From Gammaproteobacteria bacterium (GTDB lineage: Bacteria > Pseudomonadota > Gammaproteobacteria > Eutrophobiales > Eutrophobiaceae), in the NCBI GenBank assembly GCA_965200295.1, contig OZ241347.1, positions 2,615,272 through 2,679,271 of the forward strand: a DNA stretch of 64,000 bases, read 5' to 3'. The notes under the pieces are model-generated. The model did not search any database, was not told where the DNA came from, and saw only the letters and a list, made by a program, of their open reading frames with translations. A program made the translations under genes and the position numbers. Numbering within the stretch: position 1 is the first letter of the stretch; each line of letters starts with the position of its first letter. Below are positions 19,664 to 32,193 of the stretch, piece by piece.

Positions 19664-21982
19664 ATGTTAGTAGAAAGATTGAAAGCCTGCCTGATTTTGG
19701 CGGCGTTGTTTTTGCCTTGCGTGTCTGGCGGGCTTGTGGCGCAGGAATTTGTCATCGAGGATATCCGGGTCGAGGGCTTGCAGCGCCTGACTCCGGGCAC
19801 CGTATTTAACTACCTGCCGCTGGAAGTGGGCGATAAATTTAATCCGGAAGTGTCGTCCGAGGCGGTCAGCGCCTTGTTCAAAACCGGTTTTTTCGATGAC
19901 GTGCAACTGCAACGGGACGGCAATGTGCTGGTGCTGGTGCTCAGGGAGCGGGCGGCCATCGGCAGTATCGAGATCAGCGGCAACAAGGACATCAAGACCG
20001 AAGACCTGCTGGACGGGCTGAACCAGATCGGCTTTGCCGAAGGGCGAGTGTTTGACCAGTCGCAACTCGATGGCCTGGAACGGGAGTTGCGCCGCCAGTA
20101 TTTTTCCGCCGGTAAATACGCGGTAAACATCAATTCTGAGGTAACGCCGCTATCCAATAATCGGGTGGCGGTCGCCATCGACATTTCGGAAGGCAAGGCC
20201 GCGCGTATCAAGCAAATCAATATCGTTGGTAACCAGTCGTTTCGGGAAGGTGATTTGCTGGACCAGTTTGAGTTGTCCAAACCCACCCTGTTTTCGTTTT
20301 TTACCAAGGACGACCAGTATTCACGACAGAAGCTGTCCGGCGACCTGGAAACCCTGCGCTCGTTTTACCTGGACCGGGGTTACGTCAATTTCAGCATCGA
20401 TTCCACCCAGGTATCCATCACCCCCGACAAGAAAGATATTTACATCACCATCAATATCACCGAAGGCGGGCAATATACCATCTCCGGGGTGAAACTGGCG
20501 GGCGAGTTCATCCTGCCGGAAGCAAGCCTGTATAACCTCATCAGCGTCACCCGGGGCAGCCTGTTCTCGCGCAAGCAGGTGACCGATAGCAGCGAGCGTA
20601 TGACCGAGCGCTTAGGCGGTTCCGGTTACGCGTTTGCCAACGTCAATTCCATCCCCGACATCAATGAGGACGACAACACGGTAGAGGTCACGTTTTTTGT
20701 GGACCCGGGCAAGCGGGTGTATGTGAGGCGCATCAATTTTTCCGGCAACACCCGCACCCGGGACGAGGTGCTGCGTCGGGAAATGCGTCAGCATGAGGCC
20801 GGCTGGATTTCCACCCCCAAGGTGGAGCGCGGCAAGATCCGCTTGCAGCGGCTGGGCTTTTTCGAGGAAGTGAACGTGGAAACACCGGCCATCGCCGGTT
20901 CCGCCGACCAGGTTGACGTCGATTATACCGTTACCGAGAAGCCGTTCGGCAACTTTCTGGCGGGCCTGGGGTTTTCCCAGAACCAGGGGTTGATCTTCCA
21001 GACCAGCATCACTCAGGATAATTTTCTGGGTTCCGGCAAGCGCATACAGTTTGCCTTTAACAACAGCGACATCAATCGCCGCTTTGCCTTGGGCTACGTC
21101 AACCCCTACTACACCGTGGACGGGATCAGCCGCGGGTTTAACCTGAATTACCAGGAAACGGAGGCCTATGACGCCAACATCACCGCGTTCGATAGCCGGG
21201 TGATAGGGGCTGGTGTGAGTTTTGGCCTACCGGTGACGGAGTATAATTTCGTCAGCACCGCCTTCGGCTATGAAAATACGCGCCTGTCCGAAGATCGTTT
21301 CTTCGCCCAACAGGTGGTGGATTTTATTGAACGGGAAGGCAGCAAGTTCGATATTCTGCGTCTGTCTGCGGCGTTTTCCTACGACACGCGCAACCGGGCG
21401 ATATTGCCCACCCGCGGCGTGCAGCACCGCTTCAGTTCGGAGATATCCATACCGTCATTCGGTAATTCCCTGGAATTTTTCAAGGTAGGCTACCGCACTC
21501 AGTGGTATTATCCGGTATTGCGTGAATTCATTTTTACCGTAAAGGGAGATTTCGGCTATGGTGACGGTCTGTTCGGCACCGATGAACTGCCGTTCTTTGA
21601 GAACTTCTATGCTGGCGGCCCGCGTTCGGTGCGCGGCTACGAGGAAAATACTTTGGGTCCCAAGGATACGCCGGTGCGGGGCGGCACCCGGCGGCGGCCG
21701 CTGGGCGGCAATATCAAGGTGGTCGGCGGCGCCGAGATGATCTTTCCGCTGCCGTTTCTCAAGGACTTCAAGCAGGTCCGGTTTGCCGCATTTTTTGACG
21801 GCGGCAACGTGTATTCCAGCGATGAGTCGTTTGAATTCAGTGAGCTCAGGTACTCCACCGGCCTGAGCGGCATCTGGATCTCACCTTTTGGCCTGGTAAG
21901 TGTTAGTATAGCCAGACCCATTGGTGACAAGGCAGGTGATGAGACGCAACCGTTCCAGTTTACTTTTGGTTCAACTTTTTAG
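19664..21982 (+). CDS. bamA: outer membrane protein assembly factor BamA
   Basis: 772 aa; five POTRA repeats plus Omp85 barrel; C-terminal ...FQFTFGSTF. Confidence 0.95.
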   Translation: MLVERLKACLILAALFLPCVSGGLVAQEFVIEDIRVEGLQRLTPGTVFNYLPLEVGDKFNPEVSSEAVSALFKTGFFDDVQLQRDGNVLVLVLRERAAIGSIEISGNKDIKTEDLLDGLNQIGFAEGRVFDQSQLDGLERELRRQYFSAGKYAVNINSEVTPLSNNRVAVAIDISEGKAARIKQINIVGNQSFREGDLLDQFELSKPTLFSFFTKDDQYSRQKLSGDLETLRSFYLDRGYVNFSIDSTQVSITPDKKDIYITINITEGGQYTISGVKLAGEFILPEASLYNLISVTRGSLFSRKQVTDSSERMTERLGGSGYAFANVNSIPDINEDDNTVEVTFFVDPGKRVYVRRINFSGNTRTRDEVLRREMRQHEAGWISTPKVERGKIRLQRLGFFEEVNVETPAIAGSADQVDVDYTVTEKPFGNFLAGLGFSQNQGLIFQTSITQDNFLGSGKRIQFAFNNSDINRRFALGYVNPYYTVDGISRGFNLNYQETEAYDANITAFDSRVIGAGVSFGLPVTEYNFVSTAFGYENTRLSEDRFFAQQVVDFIEREGSKFDILRLSAAFSYDTRNRAILPTRGVQHRFSSEISIPSFGNSLEFFKVGYRTQWYYPVLREFIFTVKGDFGYGDGLFGTDELPFFENFYAGGPRSVRGYEENTLGPKDTPVRGGTRRRPLGGNIKVVGGAEMIFPLPFLKDFKQVRFAAFFDGGNVYSSDESFEFSELRYSTGLSGIWISPFGLVSVSIARPIGDKAGDETQPFQFTFGSTF

Positions 21983-22021
21983 ATAATGGTGGTTCTATTT
22001 ATTCCGGGGTTTGTGAGCGCT

Positions 22022-22558
22022 ATGAGGCTGAGCCGTTTTTTAATATGTTTTTGTCTGGCCTGTTTTATCTCCGCGGCGAGTGCGGAGGACTACAAGATAG
22101 GCGCTGTTAACGCGATACGCATCCTGGAGCAGTCGCCCCAGGCCGAGAGAATGCGCAACCTGCTGGAAAAGGAATTTGCCCCGCGCGACCGGGAACTGGT
22201 CGAGGCGCAGAAGTCCTTAAAGGAAATGGAAGACCGGTTGACCAAGGATGCGCCTATTATGAGTGAGGCGGAACGCAGCAAGCTCGAGCGCGATATCGTG
22301 AATGCGCGCCGCGACTTAAAGCGCAACCAGGACGAGTTTCGCGAAGACCTGACCTTTCGTCGGAACGAGGAAATCGCAAAGATTCAAAAAGACATTGTCG
22401 ATGCCATTAACACCGTCGCCCGCACCAACAACTTCGACATGATTTTGAACGAAGGCGTGATTTACGCCAGCCCCAAGGTGGATGTCTCGCAGCTGGTTAT
22501 TGACCAGTTGAAACAGGAAAATGACTCGGGGAAGAATATTGAGGGCGCCCAGGAGTAA
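22022..22558 (+). CDS. skp: periplasmic chaperone Skp (OmpH)
   Basis: signal peptide then Lys/Glu-rich coiled-coil; downstream of bamA. Confidence 0.85.
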   Translation: MRLSRFLICFCLACFISAASAEDYKIGAVNAIRILEQSPQAERMRNLLEKEFAPRDRELVEAQKSLKEMEDRLTKDAPIMSEAERSKLERDIVNARRDLKRNQDEFREDLTFRRNEEIAKIQKDIVDAINTVARTNNFDMILNEGVIYASPKVDVSQLVIDQLKQENDSGKNIEGAQE

Positions 22559-22584
22559 CAGCCCCGGCGGATGACGGCCAGCAG

Positions 22585-23598
22585 ATGACGGCCACCCTGG
22601 GTGATATTGCCGAGCATGTCGATGCGCAACTGCAAGGCGACCCTGCCGTTGAGATAAGCGGTGTTGCCAGCCTGCGCCGGGCGGCGCCGGGCCAACTCAG
22701 CTTCTATACCCACAAACGTTATGCCGCCGATCTGGCTGCGACGCGCGCCGCGGCGGTGGTGCTCAATGCCGCCGCGGCGCCGGCTAGCCCGGTGGCGAGC
22801 TTAATCGTCGCAGACCCTTATCTGGCTTATACCAGGGCGGCCGCGTTGCTGCACCCGCCGCCGCCATTCTCCCCCGGCATTCACCCGAGTGCGGCGCTTG
22901 ACGCCGGTGCGCAGGTCGCCGCCGACTGTTTTGTCGGCGCCAACACTGTCATCGGCAACAATGTCAGCATCGGCGCCGGGACTTATATCGGGCCCGGCTG
23001 TGTGATCGATGCCGACGTGAGTATCGATACGCATTGCCGCCTGCACCCGGGGGTTACCGTAATGGCTGGCGCCAAACTCGGCAAGCGGGTATTGCTGCAC
23101 CCCGGTGTGGTTATCGGGGCGGATGGCTTCGGCCTCGCTAACGATGCCGGACGCTGGCTGAAAATCCCGCAACTCGGCAGCGTTGTCATCGGCGCTGACG
23201 TTGAGATCGGCGCTAATACGACCATCGACCGCGGCGCGCTTGAGGATACTGTGATAGGCGCCGGCGTGAAAATCGATAACCAGGTGCAGATAGGGCATAA
23301 TGTGCGCATTGGCGAGCATACCGCCATCGCCGGCGGCGTCGTGATTGCCGGCAGCGCCAGCCTCGGGCGCAGGTGCATGATCGGCGGCGGCGGCGCCATT
23401 GCCGGTCATATCGATATCGCCGATGACGTGATCATCGCCGGCATGTCGGGCGTGCCCAACAGTATCCGGCAGCCCGGCGCCTATGCCTCCGGCGTGCCGA
23501 TCACAGAGCAGCAGACCTGGCGTAAAAACATGGCGCGATTCAGAAAACTCGATGCGCTGGCAAGGAGAGTTTTTCGGCTGGAAAAGCTGGTAGAATAA
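22585..23598 (+). CDS. lpxD: UDP-3-O-(3-hydroxyacyl)glucosamine N-acyltransferase
   Basis: 337 aa; left-handed beta-helix hexapeptide repeats; bamA-skp-lpxD-fabZ-lpxA-lpxB order. Confidence 0.9.
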   Translation: MTATLGDIAEHVDAQLQGDPAVEISGVASLRRAAPGQLSFYTHKRYAADLAATRAAAVVLNAAAAPASPVASLIVADPYLAYTRAAALLHPPPPFSPGIHPSAALDAGAQVAADCFVGANTVIGNNVSIGAGTYIGPGCVIDADVSIDTHCRLHPGVTVMAGAKLGKRVLLHPGVVIGADGFGLANDAGRWLKIPQLGSVVIGADVEIGANTTIDRGALEDTVIGAGVKIDNQVQIGHNVRIGEHTAIAGGVVIAGSASLGRRCMIGGGGAIAGHIDIADDVIIAGMSGVPNSIRQPGAYASGVPITEQQTWRKNMARFRKLDALARRVFRLEKLVE

Positions 23599-23666
23599 GG
23601 AGAGCCGCTGATTTTCAGGGGCGCCTTAAAAGCAATTTCGAGCCACACAACGAAGGTTACGCTGCT

Positions 23667-24116
23667 ATGCCGGAACTGGATATTGAACAGATAAAACAGG
23701 CATTGCCGCATCGTTATCCGATGCTGCTGCTGGATAAGGTAACGGATTATGAGCCGGGCGTGTCCTTAACTGCGATCAAAAACGTGACTGTAAACGAGCC
23801 TTTCTTCCAGGGACATTTCCCGCAGCAGCCAATCATGCCGGGGGTGTTCGTGGTGGAGGCCATGGCCCAGGCGTCCGCAGTGCTGGGGCTGTTGTCAGCA
23901 CAAGGCGACGAGCACTGGAATAAGCTGTATTACCTGGTGGGTATTGACAAGGCCCGGTTCAGAAAGACCGTGGGGCCTGGCGATCAACTGGTGATTGAGG
24001 CCAGGTTTGTGGCCTTGCGCAGAAATATCTGGCGTTTCTCCTGCGTGGCAAAAGTTGATGATGTTGTCGTCGCCGACACGGAATTGTTGACAACCATAGC
24101 GGATCGGGAGACTTGA
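23667..24116 (+). CDS. fabZ: 3-hydroxyacyl-ACP dehydratase FabZ
   Basis: 149 aa; hot-dog fold motifs [11 protein letters not shown]. Confidence 0.9.
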   Translation: MPELDIEQIKQALPHRYPMLLLDKVTDYEPGVSLTAIKNVTVNEPFFQGHFPQQPIMPGVFVVEAMAQASAVLGLLSAQGDEHWNKLYYLVGIDKARFRKTVGPGDQLVIEARFVALRRNIWRFSCVAKVDDVVVADTELLTTIADRET

Positions 24117-24886
24117 TCGAAGCCACTGCCAAAGTGCACGCCGGCGCCGAGCTTGGAGCCGGGGTCAGCATTGGCGCTTATGCTGTGATTGGCGATCAGG
24201 TTCGCATTGATGATGACTGTGTCATCGGTCCCCATGCAGTAGTCACCGGCCCCACCCGGATTGGCGCTGCCAGCAGCATCTCTCCGTTCTGCTCAATCGG
24301 GTCTAATCCGCAGGACAAGAAATACCGGGGCGAGGCTGAGTCATTTCTGGAGATAGGTTGCAACAACGTTATCCGCGAGTTCTGCAGCATTAACCGCGGC
24401 ACTGTGCAGGGTGGCGGCGTCACGCGCATAGGCAACGACAACTGGATCATGGCTTACGTGCACATCGCCCATGACTGCCGGGTGGGCAACCACACCATCT
24501 TCGCCAACAACGCCACCCTGGCCGGCCATGTGCACATCGACGATTATGCCATCTTAGGGGGGTTTACCGGCGTGCACCAGTTTTGCCGTGTCGGCGCCCA
24601 CAGTATTTCTGCCATTGCTTCTATTATCCTCAAGGATGTGCCACCGTACCTGATGGTGTCCGGCAACAGCGCCAGACCGAATGGCCTGAACCGGGTGGGT
24701 CTCAGGCGCAACGGATTTTCAGAGCAGGCGCTACAAGCGCTCAGGAAAGCTTATCGACTTGTTTATCGTGAAGGGCTGTTACTGAAAGATGCGCTGAGGG
24801 CACTGCGCGCGCTGGCCGCCGAGAGTGAGGAAGTCGCCCGCTTTGCGCGCTTCATAGCAGAGTCCGAGCGCGGGATTGTCAGGTGA
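24113..24886 (+). CDS. lpxA: UDP-N-acetylglucosamine O-acyltransferase
   Basis: TTG start overlapping the fabZ stop (TTGA); hexapeptide repeats. Confidence 0.9.
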   Translation: MIEATAKVHAGAELGAGVSIGAYAVIGDQVRIDDDCVIGPHAVVTGPTRIGAASSISPFCSIGSNPQDKKYRGEAESFLEIGCNNVIREFCSINRGTVQGGGVTRIGNDNWIMAYVHIAHDCRVGNHTIFANNATLAGHVHIDDYAILGGFTGVHQFCRVGAHSISAIASIILKDVPPYLMVSGNSARPNGLNRVGLRRNGFSEQALQALRKAYRLVYREGLLLKDALRALRALAAESEEVARFARFIAESERGIVR

Positions 24887-26013
24887 AAGTCGGCATTGTA
24901 GCAGGGGAGCCGTCGGGGGACTTTCTGGGCGCGCAGCTGATTGCAGACCTCAGGGCACAACGGCCCGGCCTCAAGGTGGCCGGCATAGGCGGCCCGGCGT
25001 TGCGCGCGGCAGGTTGTGAAGTCCTGTACCCGATGGAAAAACTGGCGGTGATGGGCCTGGTGGAAGTGCTGGGGAAGTTATGGGCGCTGAGCCGGTTGCG
25101 CGCGCGTCTGGCAGACTACTTCAGCAATGATCCGCCGGATGTGTTCATCGGCGTGGACGCGCCTGATTTCAACCTTGGTCTGGAACGGAAGCTGCGTGAA
25201 AAAGGCGTTAAGACAGTGCATTACGTCTGTCCCACAGCCTGGGCCTGGCGTCCCTGGCGGACCTATGGCATCAAGCGCGCGGCGCAGCGCTTGCTGTCCT
25301 TGTTTCCCTTCGAGGAAGCATTTTTCCGCAGCCGTGGGGTTAACGTCCATTATGTCGGGCATCCCCTGGCGCGCCAGGTGGCGTTGGCAGCGGACGCGGC
25401 CGGCGCGCGTCAACGTCTGGGGCTGGCGGCTGACGTGCTTACGGTAGCCTTGTTGCCGGGCAGCCGCGCGGCGGAATTAAACAGGCTGGTGCGTCCGTTT
25501 ATCGACGCTGCAGCCTGGCTGGCTGCGCGCCATGAGCAGATCTGTTTCATCAGCAATGCCATCAATGCCGAGGCGGCACAACAGCTGCGCGCGGCGGCCG
25601 CGCGCCGGGGCATACAGTTGCTGGTGGTGCGCGACCGTAGCGCCGATACCCTGGCCGCGGCGGATGTCGCCCTGGTTGCTTCGGGTACGGTCACCTTGGA
25701 GGCCATGCTGCACAAGACGCCGCTGGTCGTGGCTTACCGGATGCACAGCCTGTCTTACTGGCTGCTGCGAGCCATGATCAGGGTAAAATTTGTTGCCCTG
25801 CCCAACCTGCTGGCGCAGACGCGGCTGGCGCCCGAATATTTCCAGTCGGATTGTCGGGCGGAGGTGCTGGGCCCGGCCCTGCAATACTGGCTGGAGCATC
25901 CGCAGCAGACGCAAGCCTTAATGCGCCGTTTCACCGAATTGCACTATGCACTGCGCAATGCCGATGCCAGCGCCGCACAAGTAGTGCTGGATTTGATTGA
26001 TGGGAACCTCTAA
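24883..26013 (+). CDS. lpxB: lipid-A-disaccharide synthase
   Basis: GTG start overlapping the lpxA stop; conserved [13 protein letters not shown]. Confidence 0.9.
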   Translation: MKVGIVAGEPSGDFLGAQLIADLRAQRPGLKVAGIGGPALRAAGCEVLYPMEKLAVMGLVEVLGKLWALSRLRARLADYFSNDPPDVFIGVDAPDFNLGLERKLREKGVKTVHYVCPTAWAWRPWRTYGIKRAAQRLLSLFPFEEAFFRSRGVNVHYVGHPLARQVALAADAAGARQRLGLAADVLTVALLPGSRAAELNRLVRPFIDAAAWLAARHEQICFISNAINAEAAQQLRAAAARRGIQLLVVRDRSADTLAAADVALVASGTVTLEAMLHKTPLVVAYRMHSLSYWLLRAMIRVKFVALPNLLAQTRLAPEYFQSDCRAEVLGPALQYWLEHPQQTQALMRRFTELHYALRNADASAAQVVLDLIDGNL

Positions 26014-26027
26014 TTTTAGAGGTGGCC
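26003..26027. repeat. short palindromic element (gaacctctaattttagaggtggcc) in the lpxB-rnhB junction
   Basis: minimal form of the repeat family; abuts the rnhB start codon. Confidence 0.7.
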
Positions 26028-26029
26028 TG

Positions 26030-26683
26030 ATGATGTTGATAGCCGGCGTTGACGAGGCGGGCAGGGGGCCGCTGGCGGGGCCCGTTATTGCCGCGGCGGT
26101 GATACTCGATGCGCGCCGCAGCATTGCCGGGCTGGCCGATTCCAAGCTGTTGTCGGCCGCGCGCCGGGAGCGGCTGGCCGCGCACATTCAGGCGCAGGCG
26201 CGGGCCTGGTCCATCGGTCGCGCCGACCCGGAGGAGATCGACCGCTTGAATATACTGAATGCCAGCCTGCTGGCCATGCAACGGGCAATCGCCGGCTTGA
26301 CCGTAGCGCCGGCGCAGGTGCTGGTGGACGGCAATCGGTGTCCCGTTACCCGCTATCCGGTGCGCGCCATTGTGCAGGGCGATAAGACCGAACCCTGCAT
26401 CAGCGCGGCGTCAATTCTGGCAAAGGTCTGCCGCGACCGGGAGCTGCTGGCCCTGGAGCAACGCTACCCGGGCTACGGCTTTGCCCGGCACAAGGGCTAT
26501 CCGACCCGGCAACACCTACAGGCCCTGGCCGAACTCGGCCCTTGCCCAAGCCATCGCCGCAGCTTCGCGCCGGTGCGGAAGTTGCTGTCAGTCGCCGCAG
26601 GGGCACAGAGTGAGGGTAATGACGCACAGGTGGCCGTCCACGCGGGGTCTTCTGCGGCTGTTGCTTGCAAGCCATGGACTTGA
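26030..26683 (+). CDS. rnhB: ribonuclease HII
   Basis: internal ATG ([19 protein letters not shown]...); RNase HII catalytic DEAGRG motif. Confidence 0.9.
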   Translation: MMLIAGVDEAGRGPLAGPVIAAAVILDARRSIAGLADSKLLSAARRERLAAHIQAQARAWSIGRADPEEIDRLNILNASLLAMQRAIAGLTVAPAQVLVDGNRCPVTRYPVRAIVQGDKTEPCISAASILAKVCRDRELLALEQRYPGYGFARHKGYPTRQHLQALAELGPCPSHRRSFAPVRKLLSVAAGAQSEGNDAQVAVHAGSSAAVACKPWT

Positions 26684-29600
26684 CAGAAAACGGCTTTGTG
26701 CACCTGCATGTGCACACCGAACATTCTCTGGTGGACGGTTTGTTGCGGGTGGACGATTACGTTGAGGCGCTGGTGGCAGGCGGCATGTGGAGCGGGGCGG
26801 TCACGGAATTGTACAACGTTTTCTCCATGGTCAAGTTTTACCGCAAATGCTTAGCGCGCGGCATCAAACCCGTTATCGGCGCGGAAATCAACCTGACAGA
26901 TGACAACGGCGCCGACCAGGACCAGCGGCTGGTGCTGCTGTGCCAGGATCATACCGGCTTTAACAATCTGTCGCAGTTGCTCACCCTGAGTTTCACCGAG
27001 GGGCAGCAAGGCCGCACGCCTGCCGTGCACAGGGACTGGTTGGCGACGCGTGCGCACGGGTTGATCGCCCTGTCCGCCGGGGTGTACGGCGCCATCGGTC
27101 AGGCGCTGCTGCATAACCAGCTGCAGCAGGCCAGGGCGCAACTGGCGTTCTTCAGGGATTTGTTTCCACAACGTTTTTACCTGGAATTGCAGCGCACCGC
27201 GCGTGCAGAAGAGGAAGTGTACATCCGCTATGCCATCGAACTTGCCGAAGAATTTGACCTGCCGCTGGTGGCGACCAATGATGCAAGATTCCTGACCTCC
27301 GACGATTTCAATGCCCATGAAGCCCGGGTCTGCATTCAGAACGGCTATACCCTCAATGACCCTAAACGCCCGCGCGGCTACAGCAGCGAACAATACCTGA
27401 AGACGCCGGAGCAGATGCGGGAATTGTTCCAGGACCTGCCGGAAGCCGTGGAAAACAGCGTTAATATTGCCATGCGTTGCAACCTGGAGCTGGAGTTTGA
27501 TCAGTATTACCTGCCTGAGTTTCCCGTACCGGAAGGGTTTGACCAGGCGGCCTGGCTGCGCCGGGAGGCACAGGCCGGCTTGGAGCAGCTGCACGCCGGG
27601 CAACAGGCTTCAGGGCGCGCCCCGGATACCGGGCGCTATGCTCAACGCCTGGATGATGAACTTGAGGTGATTACCAGGATGGGGTTTCCGGGCTATTTTC
27701 TCATCGTCGCCGATTTTATCCGCTGGGCCAAACAACAAGGGATACCGGTCGGCCCGGGACGCGGGTCCGGGGGTGGCTCCCTGGTCGCCTACGTGCTGGG
27801 TATCACCGACCTGGACCCCATTTATCATGACCTGTTGTTTGAGCGTTTTCTGAATCCCGAGCGGGTATCTTTGCCTGATTTTGACGTGGATTTTTGCATG
27901 GACCGGCGTGATGAGGTCATCGAATACGTCTCCCAGCGTTATGGCCGTGAACGGGTCTCGCAGATCATCACCTTCGGCAGTATGCAGGCGAAAGCGGTGG
28001 TGCGCGATGTCGGCAGGGTGCTGGGACACCCCTACGGCTTCGTTGACAAGATCGCCAAACTCATCCCGTTCGAGCTGGACATGACGCTGGACAAGGCCCT
28101 GGCGGCGGAGGCAGCGCTGGCGCAACGCTATGCCGAAGAAGAGGAGGTGAAGATACTCATCGATCTGGCCAAAAAGCTGGAAGGGCTGGCGCGCAACGCC
28201 GGCAAACACGCCGGCGGCATCGTCATTGCGCCGCAGCCCTTGACCGAGTTTTTGCCGCTGTACTGTGAGCGCAATACCCGGGTGACGTCAACTCAGTTCG
28301 ATATGGGTGATGTGGAAGCCGTGGGCCTGGTCAAGTTCGACTTCCTGGGTTTACGTACCCTCACTATCATCGACTGGGCGGTGAAGGACGTAAACAGATT
28401 GCTGGCAGACAAGAGTGAGGCCAGTGTGGATATCAGCGCCATTGCGCTGAACGACGCCGACACCTACGCCACCATCCGGCGCACCGACACCATGGCCATA
28501 TTCCAGCTGGAATCGGACGGTATGCGCAAGCTGATCAAACGGCTGGAGCCGGATAAATTCGATGACTTAGTGGCGCTGGTGGCCCTGTTCCGACCCGGCC
28601 CGCTCGATTCGGGCATGGTCGATGATTTCATCGACCGCAAGAAGGGCCGGGCGCAGGTGCGTTATCCGCACCCGGCGCTGGAACCCGTGCTGCAGCCGAC
28701 TTACGGGGTCATCCTGTATCAGGAGCAGGTGATGGAGATAGCGCGTATCCTGGGTGGCTATACCCTGGGGGCTGCAGACCTGCTGCGCCGCGCCATGGGC
28801 AAGAAAAAGCGTGAAGAAATGGCCCAACAACGGGATATATTTGTCAACGGCGCGCTGCAAAATGAAATCAAGGAAAAGGTCGCCACCTCCATCTTCGATT
28901 TGATGGAAAAATTTGCCGGTTACGGATTTAACAAGTCCCACTCGGTCGCCTATGCCCTGCTGGCGTACCAGACGGCCTGGTTGAAGACCCATTATCCGGC
29001 GGCATTCATGGCCGCAGTGCTGTCTTCGGATATGAATAATACGGACAAGATTGTCAGGCTGATCGAGGAGCTGAGAAGGATGCAGCTGGTTATCAAACCA
29101 CCTTCCATCAATCACAGCGACTACAAGTTCAGGGTGTTGGACCACAAGACCATCCTGTTCGGTCTGGGCGCTATCAAGGGTGTCGGTCGCGCCGCGCTGG
29201 TCAACGTGTGCGAGGCGCGGGAGGAACACGGCGCGTTCCCCGACCTGTTTGAGTTCTGCCGGCGCATTGATACGCGCCGCACCAACAAGCGGGTGTTAGA
29301 AGCGCTGCTACGCGCTGGCGCGCTGGATGACTTCAAGCAACCGCGTAGCGTGCTCATGGCCAGCATGGACAAGGCGCTCAGGTTCGCCGAACAATATACC
29401 AGCAATGCCGATACCGGCCAGGATGACCTGTTCGGCGCCGAGCTGTTGACCCTGCCGACCGCGTCCGCCGACGCAGTCGAAACGCCATATATACAAGCGC
29501 CGGACTGGGAAGACCTGGAACGCCTGCAAGGTGAGAAGGAGACCCTGGGGTTTTACCTGGTCGGTCATCCCATCACGCGCCATGAACGCGAACTGTCACC

Positions 29601-30159
29601 TTTTATCACCGCCCGCCTGCACAAGGTGAAGCCGGGCATGGCGCTGACCGTGGCCGGATATATTGAAACCGTGCGCATGCGCAGTAGCGCCAGAGGGCGC
29701 ATGGCAGAGCTCGTGCTGGATGACAAAACAGCCCGCATCCAGGTTACCGTTTACAGTGAAAACTATTCCAAATACAGTGATTTGCTGCAAAAAGATAAAC
29801 TGGTTATCATAAAAGGCGAAGCAGTGGAGGACAGCTACTACGAAACCGGAGTGGCAATTGTTGCCGCCGAGGTTTTCTCACTTGCCCGGTTGCGCCGGCA
29901 ATTTGCGTCCGTGAGCCTGAAAATTCATAAAAACATGTTGAGCAACGGGCTGGCGCCTGAACTGAAAACGGTTTTGTCGCGTTACGGCAGTGGGACAAAC
30001 CCGGTGTCAATGGAATATAATGACGGCAACTTATGCACCGTACTGAAGTTCGGGCGCGACTGGACGGTAGCTGTCAGTGATGAATTGCTGGCCGAACTCG
30101 CCGCGATGCTGGGCGCGGCCAACGTTGACCTGGATTTTCCAGAGCGGGTAAAACTGTGA
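26665..30159 (+). CDS. dnaE: DNA polymerase III subunit alpha
   Basis: 1164 aa; PHP domain HLHVHTEHS; polymerase core; OB fold. Confidence 0.95.
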   Translation: MQAMDLTENGFVHLHVHTEHSLVDGLLRVDDYVEALVAGGMWSGAVTELYNVFSMVKFYRKCLARGIKPVIGAEINLTDDNGADQDQRLVLLCQDHTGFNNLSQLLTLSFTEGQQGRTPAVHRDWLATRAHGLIALSAGVYGAIGQALLHNQLQQARAQLAFFRDLFPQRFYLELQRTARAEEEVYIRYAIELAEEFDLPLVATNDARFLTSDDFNAHEARVCIQNGYTLNDPKRPRGYSSEQYLKTPEQMRELFQDLPEAVENSVNIAMRCNLELEFDQYYLPEFPVPEGFDQAAWLRREAQAGLEQLHAGQQASGRAPDTGRYAQRLDDELEVITRMGFPGYFLIVADFIRWAKQQGIPVGPGRGSGGGSLVAYVLGITDLDPIYHDLLFERFLNPERVSLPDFDVDFCMDRRDEVIEYVSQRYGRERVSQIITFGSMQAKAVVRDVGRVLGHPYGFVDKIAKLIPFELDMTLDKALAAEAALAQRYAEEEEVKILIDLAKKLEGLARNAGKHAGGIVIAPQPLTEFLPLYCERNTRVTSTQFDMGDVEAVGLVKFDFLGLRTLTIIDWAVKDVNRLLADKSEASVDISAIALNDADTYATIRRTDTMAIFQLESDGMRKLIKRLEPDKFDDLVALVALFRPGPLDSGMVDDFIDRKKGRAQVRYPHPALEPVLQPTYGVILYQEQVMEIARILGGYTLGAADLLRRAMGKKKREEMAQQRDIFVNGALQNEIKEKVATSIFDLMEKFAGYGFNKSHSVAYALLAYQTAWLKTHYPAAFMAAVLSSDMNNTDKIVRLIEELRRMQLVIKPPSINHSDYKFRVLDHKTILFGLGAIKGVGRAALVNVCEAREEHGAFPDLFEFCRRIDTRRTNKRVLEALLRAGALDDFKQPRSVLMASMDKALRFAEQYTSNADTGQDDLFGAELLTLPTASADAVETPYIQAPDWEDLERLQGEKETLGFYLVGHPITRHERELSPFITARLHKVKPGMALTVAGYIETVRMRSSARGRMAELVLDDKTARIQVTVYSENYSKYSDLLQKDKLVIIKGEAVEDSYYETGVAIVAAEVFSLARLRRQFASVSLKIHKNMLSNGLAPELKTVLSRYGSGTNPVSMEYNDGNLCTVLKFGRDWTVAVSDELLAELAAMLGAANVDLDFPERVKL

Positions 30160-31127
30160 ACGATTCGCAACAAGCAGTCAATTTTCTTGATTTTGAGCAG
30201 CCTATTGCCGAACTGGAGGCCAAGATCGAGGAGTTGCGCCACGTCAGTGAAGACGGCGAGTTGAACATACATGATGAAATTATCCGCCTGCAGAAACGCA
30301 GCACGGAGCTGACCCGCTCGATCTTTTCCAATCTTGACGCCTGGCAGGTTGCCCAGCTGGCGCGTCACCCTCTCAGGCCCTATACCCTGGACTACGTAAA
30401 CCGGATTTTTACTGATTTCATCGAACTGCACGGCGACCGCAACTTTGCCGACGACCCTGCGATACTGGCCGGTATCGCGCGTTTTGCAGGGGAGCCGGTG
30501 GCAGTTATAGGCCACCAGAAAGGACGCGATATCAAGGCGCGCATTCACCGCAATTACGGTATGCCACGTCCGGAAGGGTATCGTAAAGCCCTGCGCATCA
30601 TGCAGCTTGCGGAACGGTTTGCACTGCCGTTGCTGACCTTTATCGACACGCCCGGCGCCTACCCGGGCATCGGCGCCGAAGAACGCGGGCAGAGCGAGGC
30701 CATCGCCAGGAACCTGATGGTGATGTCGGCGTTGCGCACCCCGATCATCGCCGTGGTCATCGGTGAAGGCGGCTCCGGCGGAGCGCTGGCTATCGGCGTG
30801 GGCGACAGGCTGAACATGCTGCAATACAGCACTTACTCGGTCATATCGCCCGAAGGCTGCGCCTCTATCCTGTGGAAGGACGCGGCCCGGGCCAGGGAAG
30901 CAGCCGAGGCCATGGGAGTGACTGCCGCCAGATTGCGGCAACTGGATGTCATCGACAGCATCATCGACGAACCTTTGGGCGGCGCCCACCGGGGGTATGA
31001 CGCCGCCGCCGCCAACATAAGCGCACAGCTCGACCCACAACTGCGCGAGCTCAAGCAGTTGAGTGTTGACGAGCTGCTGGCAAGCCGGCAGCAACGCTTG
31101 CGCGCGTACGGGCATTTTTCCGAGTAA
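30156..31127 (+). CDS. accA: acetyl-CoA carboxylase carboxyltransferase subunit alpha
   Basis: GTG start overlapping the dnaE stop; conserved [17 protein letters not shown]. Confidence 0.9.
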   Translation: MNDSQQAVNFLDFEQPIAELEAKIEELRHVSEDGELNIHDEIIRLQKRSTELTRSIFSNLDAWQVAQLARHPLRPYTLDYVNRIFTDFIELHGDRNFADDPAILAGIARFAGEPVAVIGHQKGRDIKARIHRNYGMPRPEGYRKALRIMQLAERFALPLLTFIDTPGAYPGIGAEERGQSEAIARNLMVMSALRTPIIAVVIGEGGSGGALAIGVGDRLNMLQYSTYSVISPEGCASILWKDAARAREAAEAMGVTAARLRQLDVIDSIIDEPLGGAHRGYDAAAANISAQLDPQLRELKQLSVDELLASRQQRLRAYGHFSE

Positions 31128-31208
31128 CTCCAGCCTGTTTCGTGTTACCTCCACTTTCCCCTGGCCTGCTTGCGCCTGGAGTTGCGTGGGGGATGATAGG
31201 AACGCGGC

Positions 31209-32183
31209 GTGACAAAGCAACCGATACCACTGAGCCAGGCAGGCATTGCCACAGCGCTGGACGCGCGTGCTGACACTCGCCACTATCTGGTCGCGTACAG
31301 TGGCGGCATGGATTCCCACGTGCTGCTGTGGCTGCTGGCCGGTCTGGCCCGGGATGCCGGCTACCGCGTGCGGGCGGTGCATGTGAACCATAATATCCAC
31401 CCGCACAGTCAGGATTGGGCACGGCACTGCCGGGCGACCTGCCAGGCCCTGGAGGTGGAGCTGACAGTGCTTGATGTCGATGCCAGCGCGCCGGGGCGGG
31501 AAAGCCCGGAGAACTGGGCCAGGGAAAAACGTTATGGCGCGCTACGGGAGATTTTGGCTGCGGATGAAGTTTTGCTCACTGCGCATCATCAGGACGACCA
31601 ACTGGAAACCTTGCTGCTGCGCCTGCTGCGCGGGGCCGGGGTGTTGGGGCTGGCGGCCATGCGTCCGCTACGGGAATTCGGGCCGGGGTTTCATGCGCGC
31701 CCGTTACTGCACTATTCCCGCGCGCAGCTGCTGGACTACGCACAGCGTCATAACTTGTGTTGGCTAGAAGACCCCTCCAATGCCGATACACAGCTTGACC
31801 GCAACTATCTGCGCCACGAAGTGCTGCCTGCGCTGAGGCACAGATGGCCGGCGCTGGCGCTGCCGGTCAGCCGCACCGCGCAAGCCTGCGCCGAGGCGCA
31901 GGAACTGCTCGATGAGCTGGCGCGCCGGGATTTGCAGGATTGCGCCACGCAAGACCCGGACGCCTTGCGGGTGGACCGGATACAGGAGTTATCGGCGCCC
32001 AGACAGAAAAACCTGATCCGCCATTGGTGCCGGGTACTCGACCTGCCCACGCCCAACAGCCGCCACCTGGCCCACATCATCAGCGATGTCATTCAGGCAA
32101 GGCCGGACGCCCGCCCCCGGGTAAACTGGAAAGGCGCCGAACTGCGGCGCCAACGGAATTACCTGTATCTCACTGCTTCATAA
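31209..32183 (+). CDS. tilS: tRNA(Ile)-lysidine synthetase
   Basis: PP-loop SGGMDS; downstream of accA as in E. coli. Confidence 0.85.
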   Translation: MTKQPIPLSQAGIATALDARADTRHYLVAYSGGMDSHVLLWLLAGLARDAGYRVRAVHVNHNIHPHSQDWARHCRATCQALEVELTVLDVDASAPGRESPENWAREKRYGALREILAADEVLLTAHHQDDQLETLLLRLLRGAGVLGLAAMRPLREFGPGFHARPLLHYSRAQLLDYAQRHNLCWLEDPSNADTQLDRNYLRHEVLPALRHRWPALALPVSRTAQACAEAQELLDELARRDLQDCATQDPDALRVDRIQELSAPRQKNLIRHWCRVLDLPTPNSRHLAHIISDVIQARPDARPRVNWKGAELRRQRNYLYLTAS

Positions 32184-32193
32184 CCTGACACCC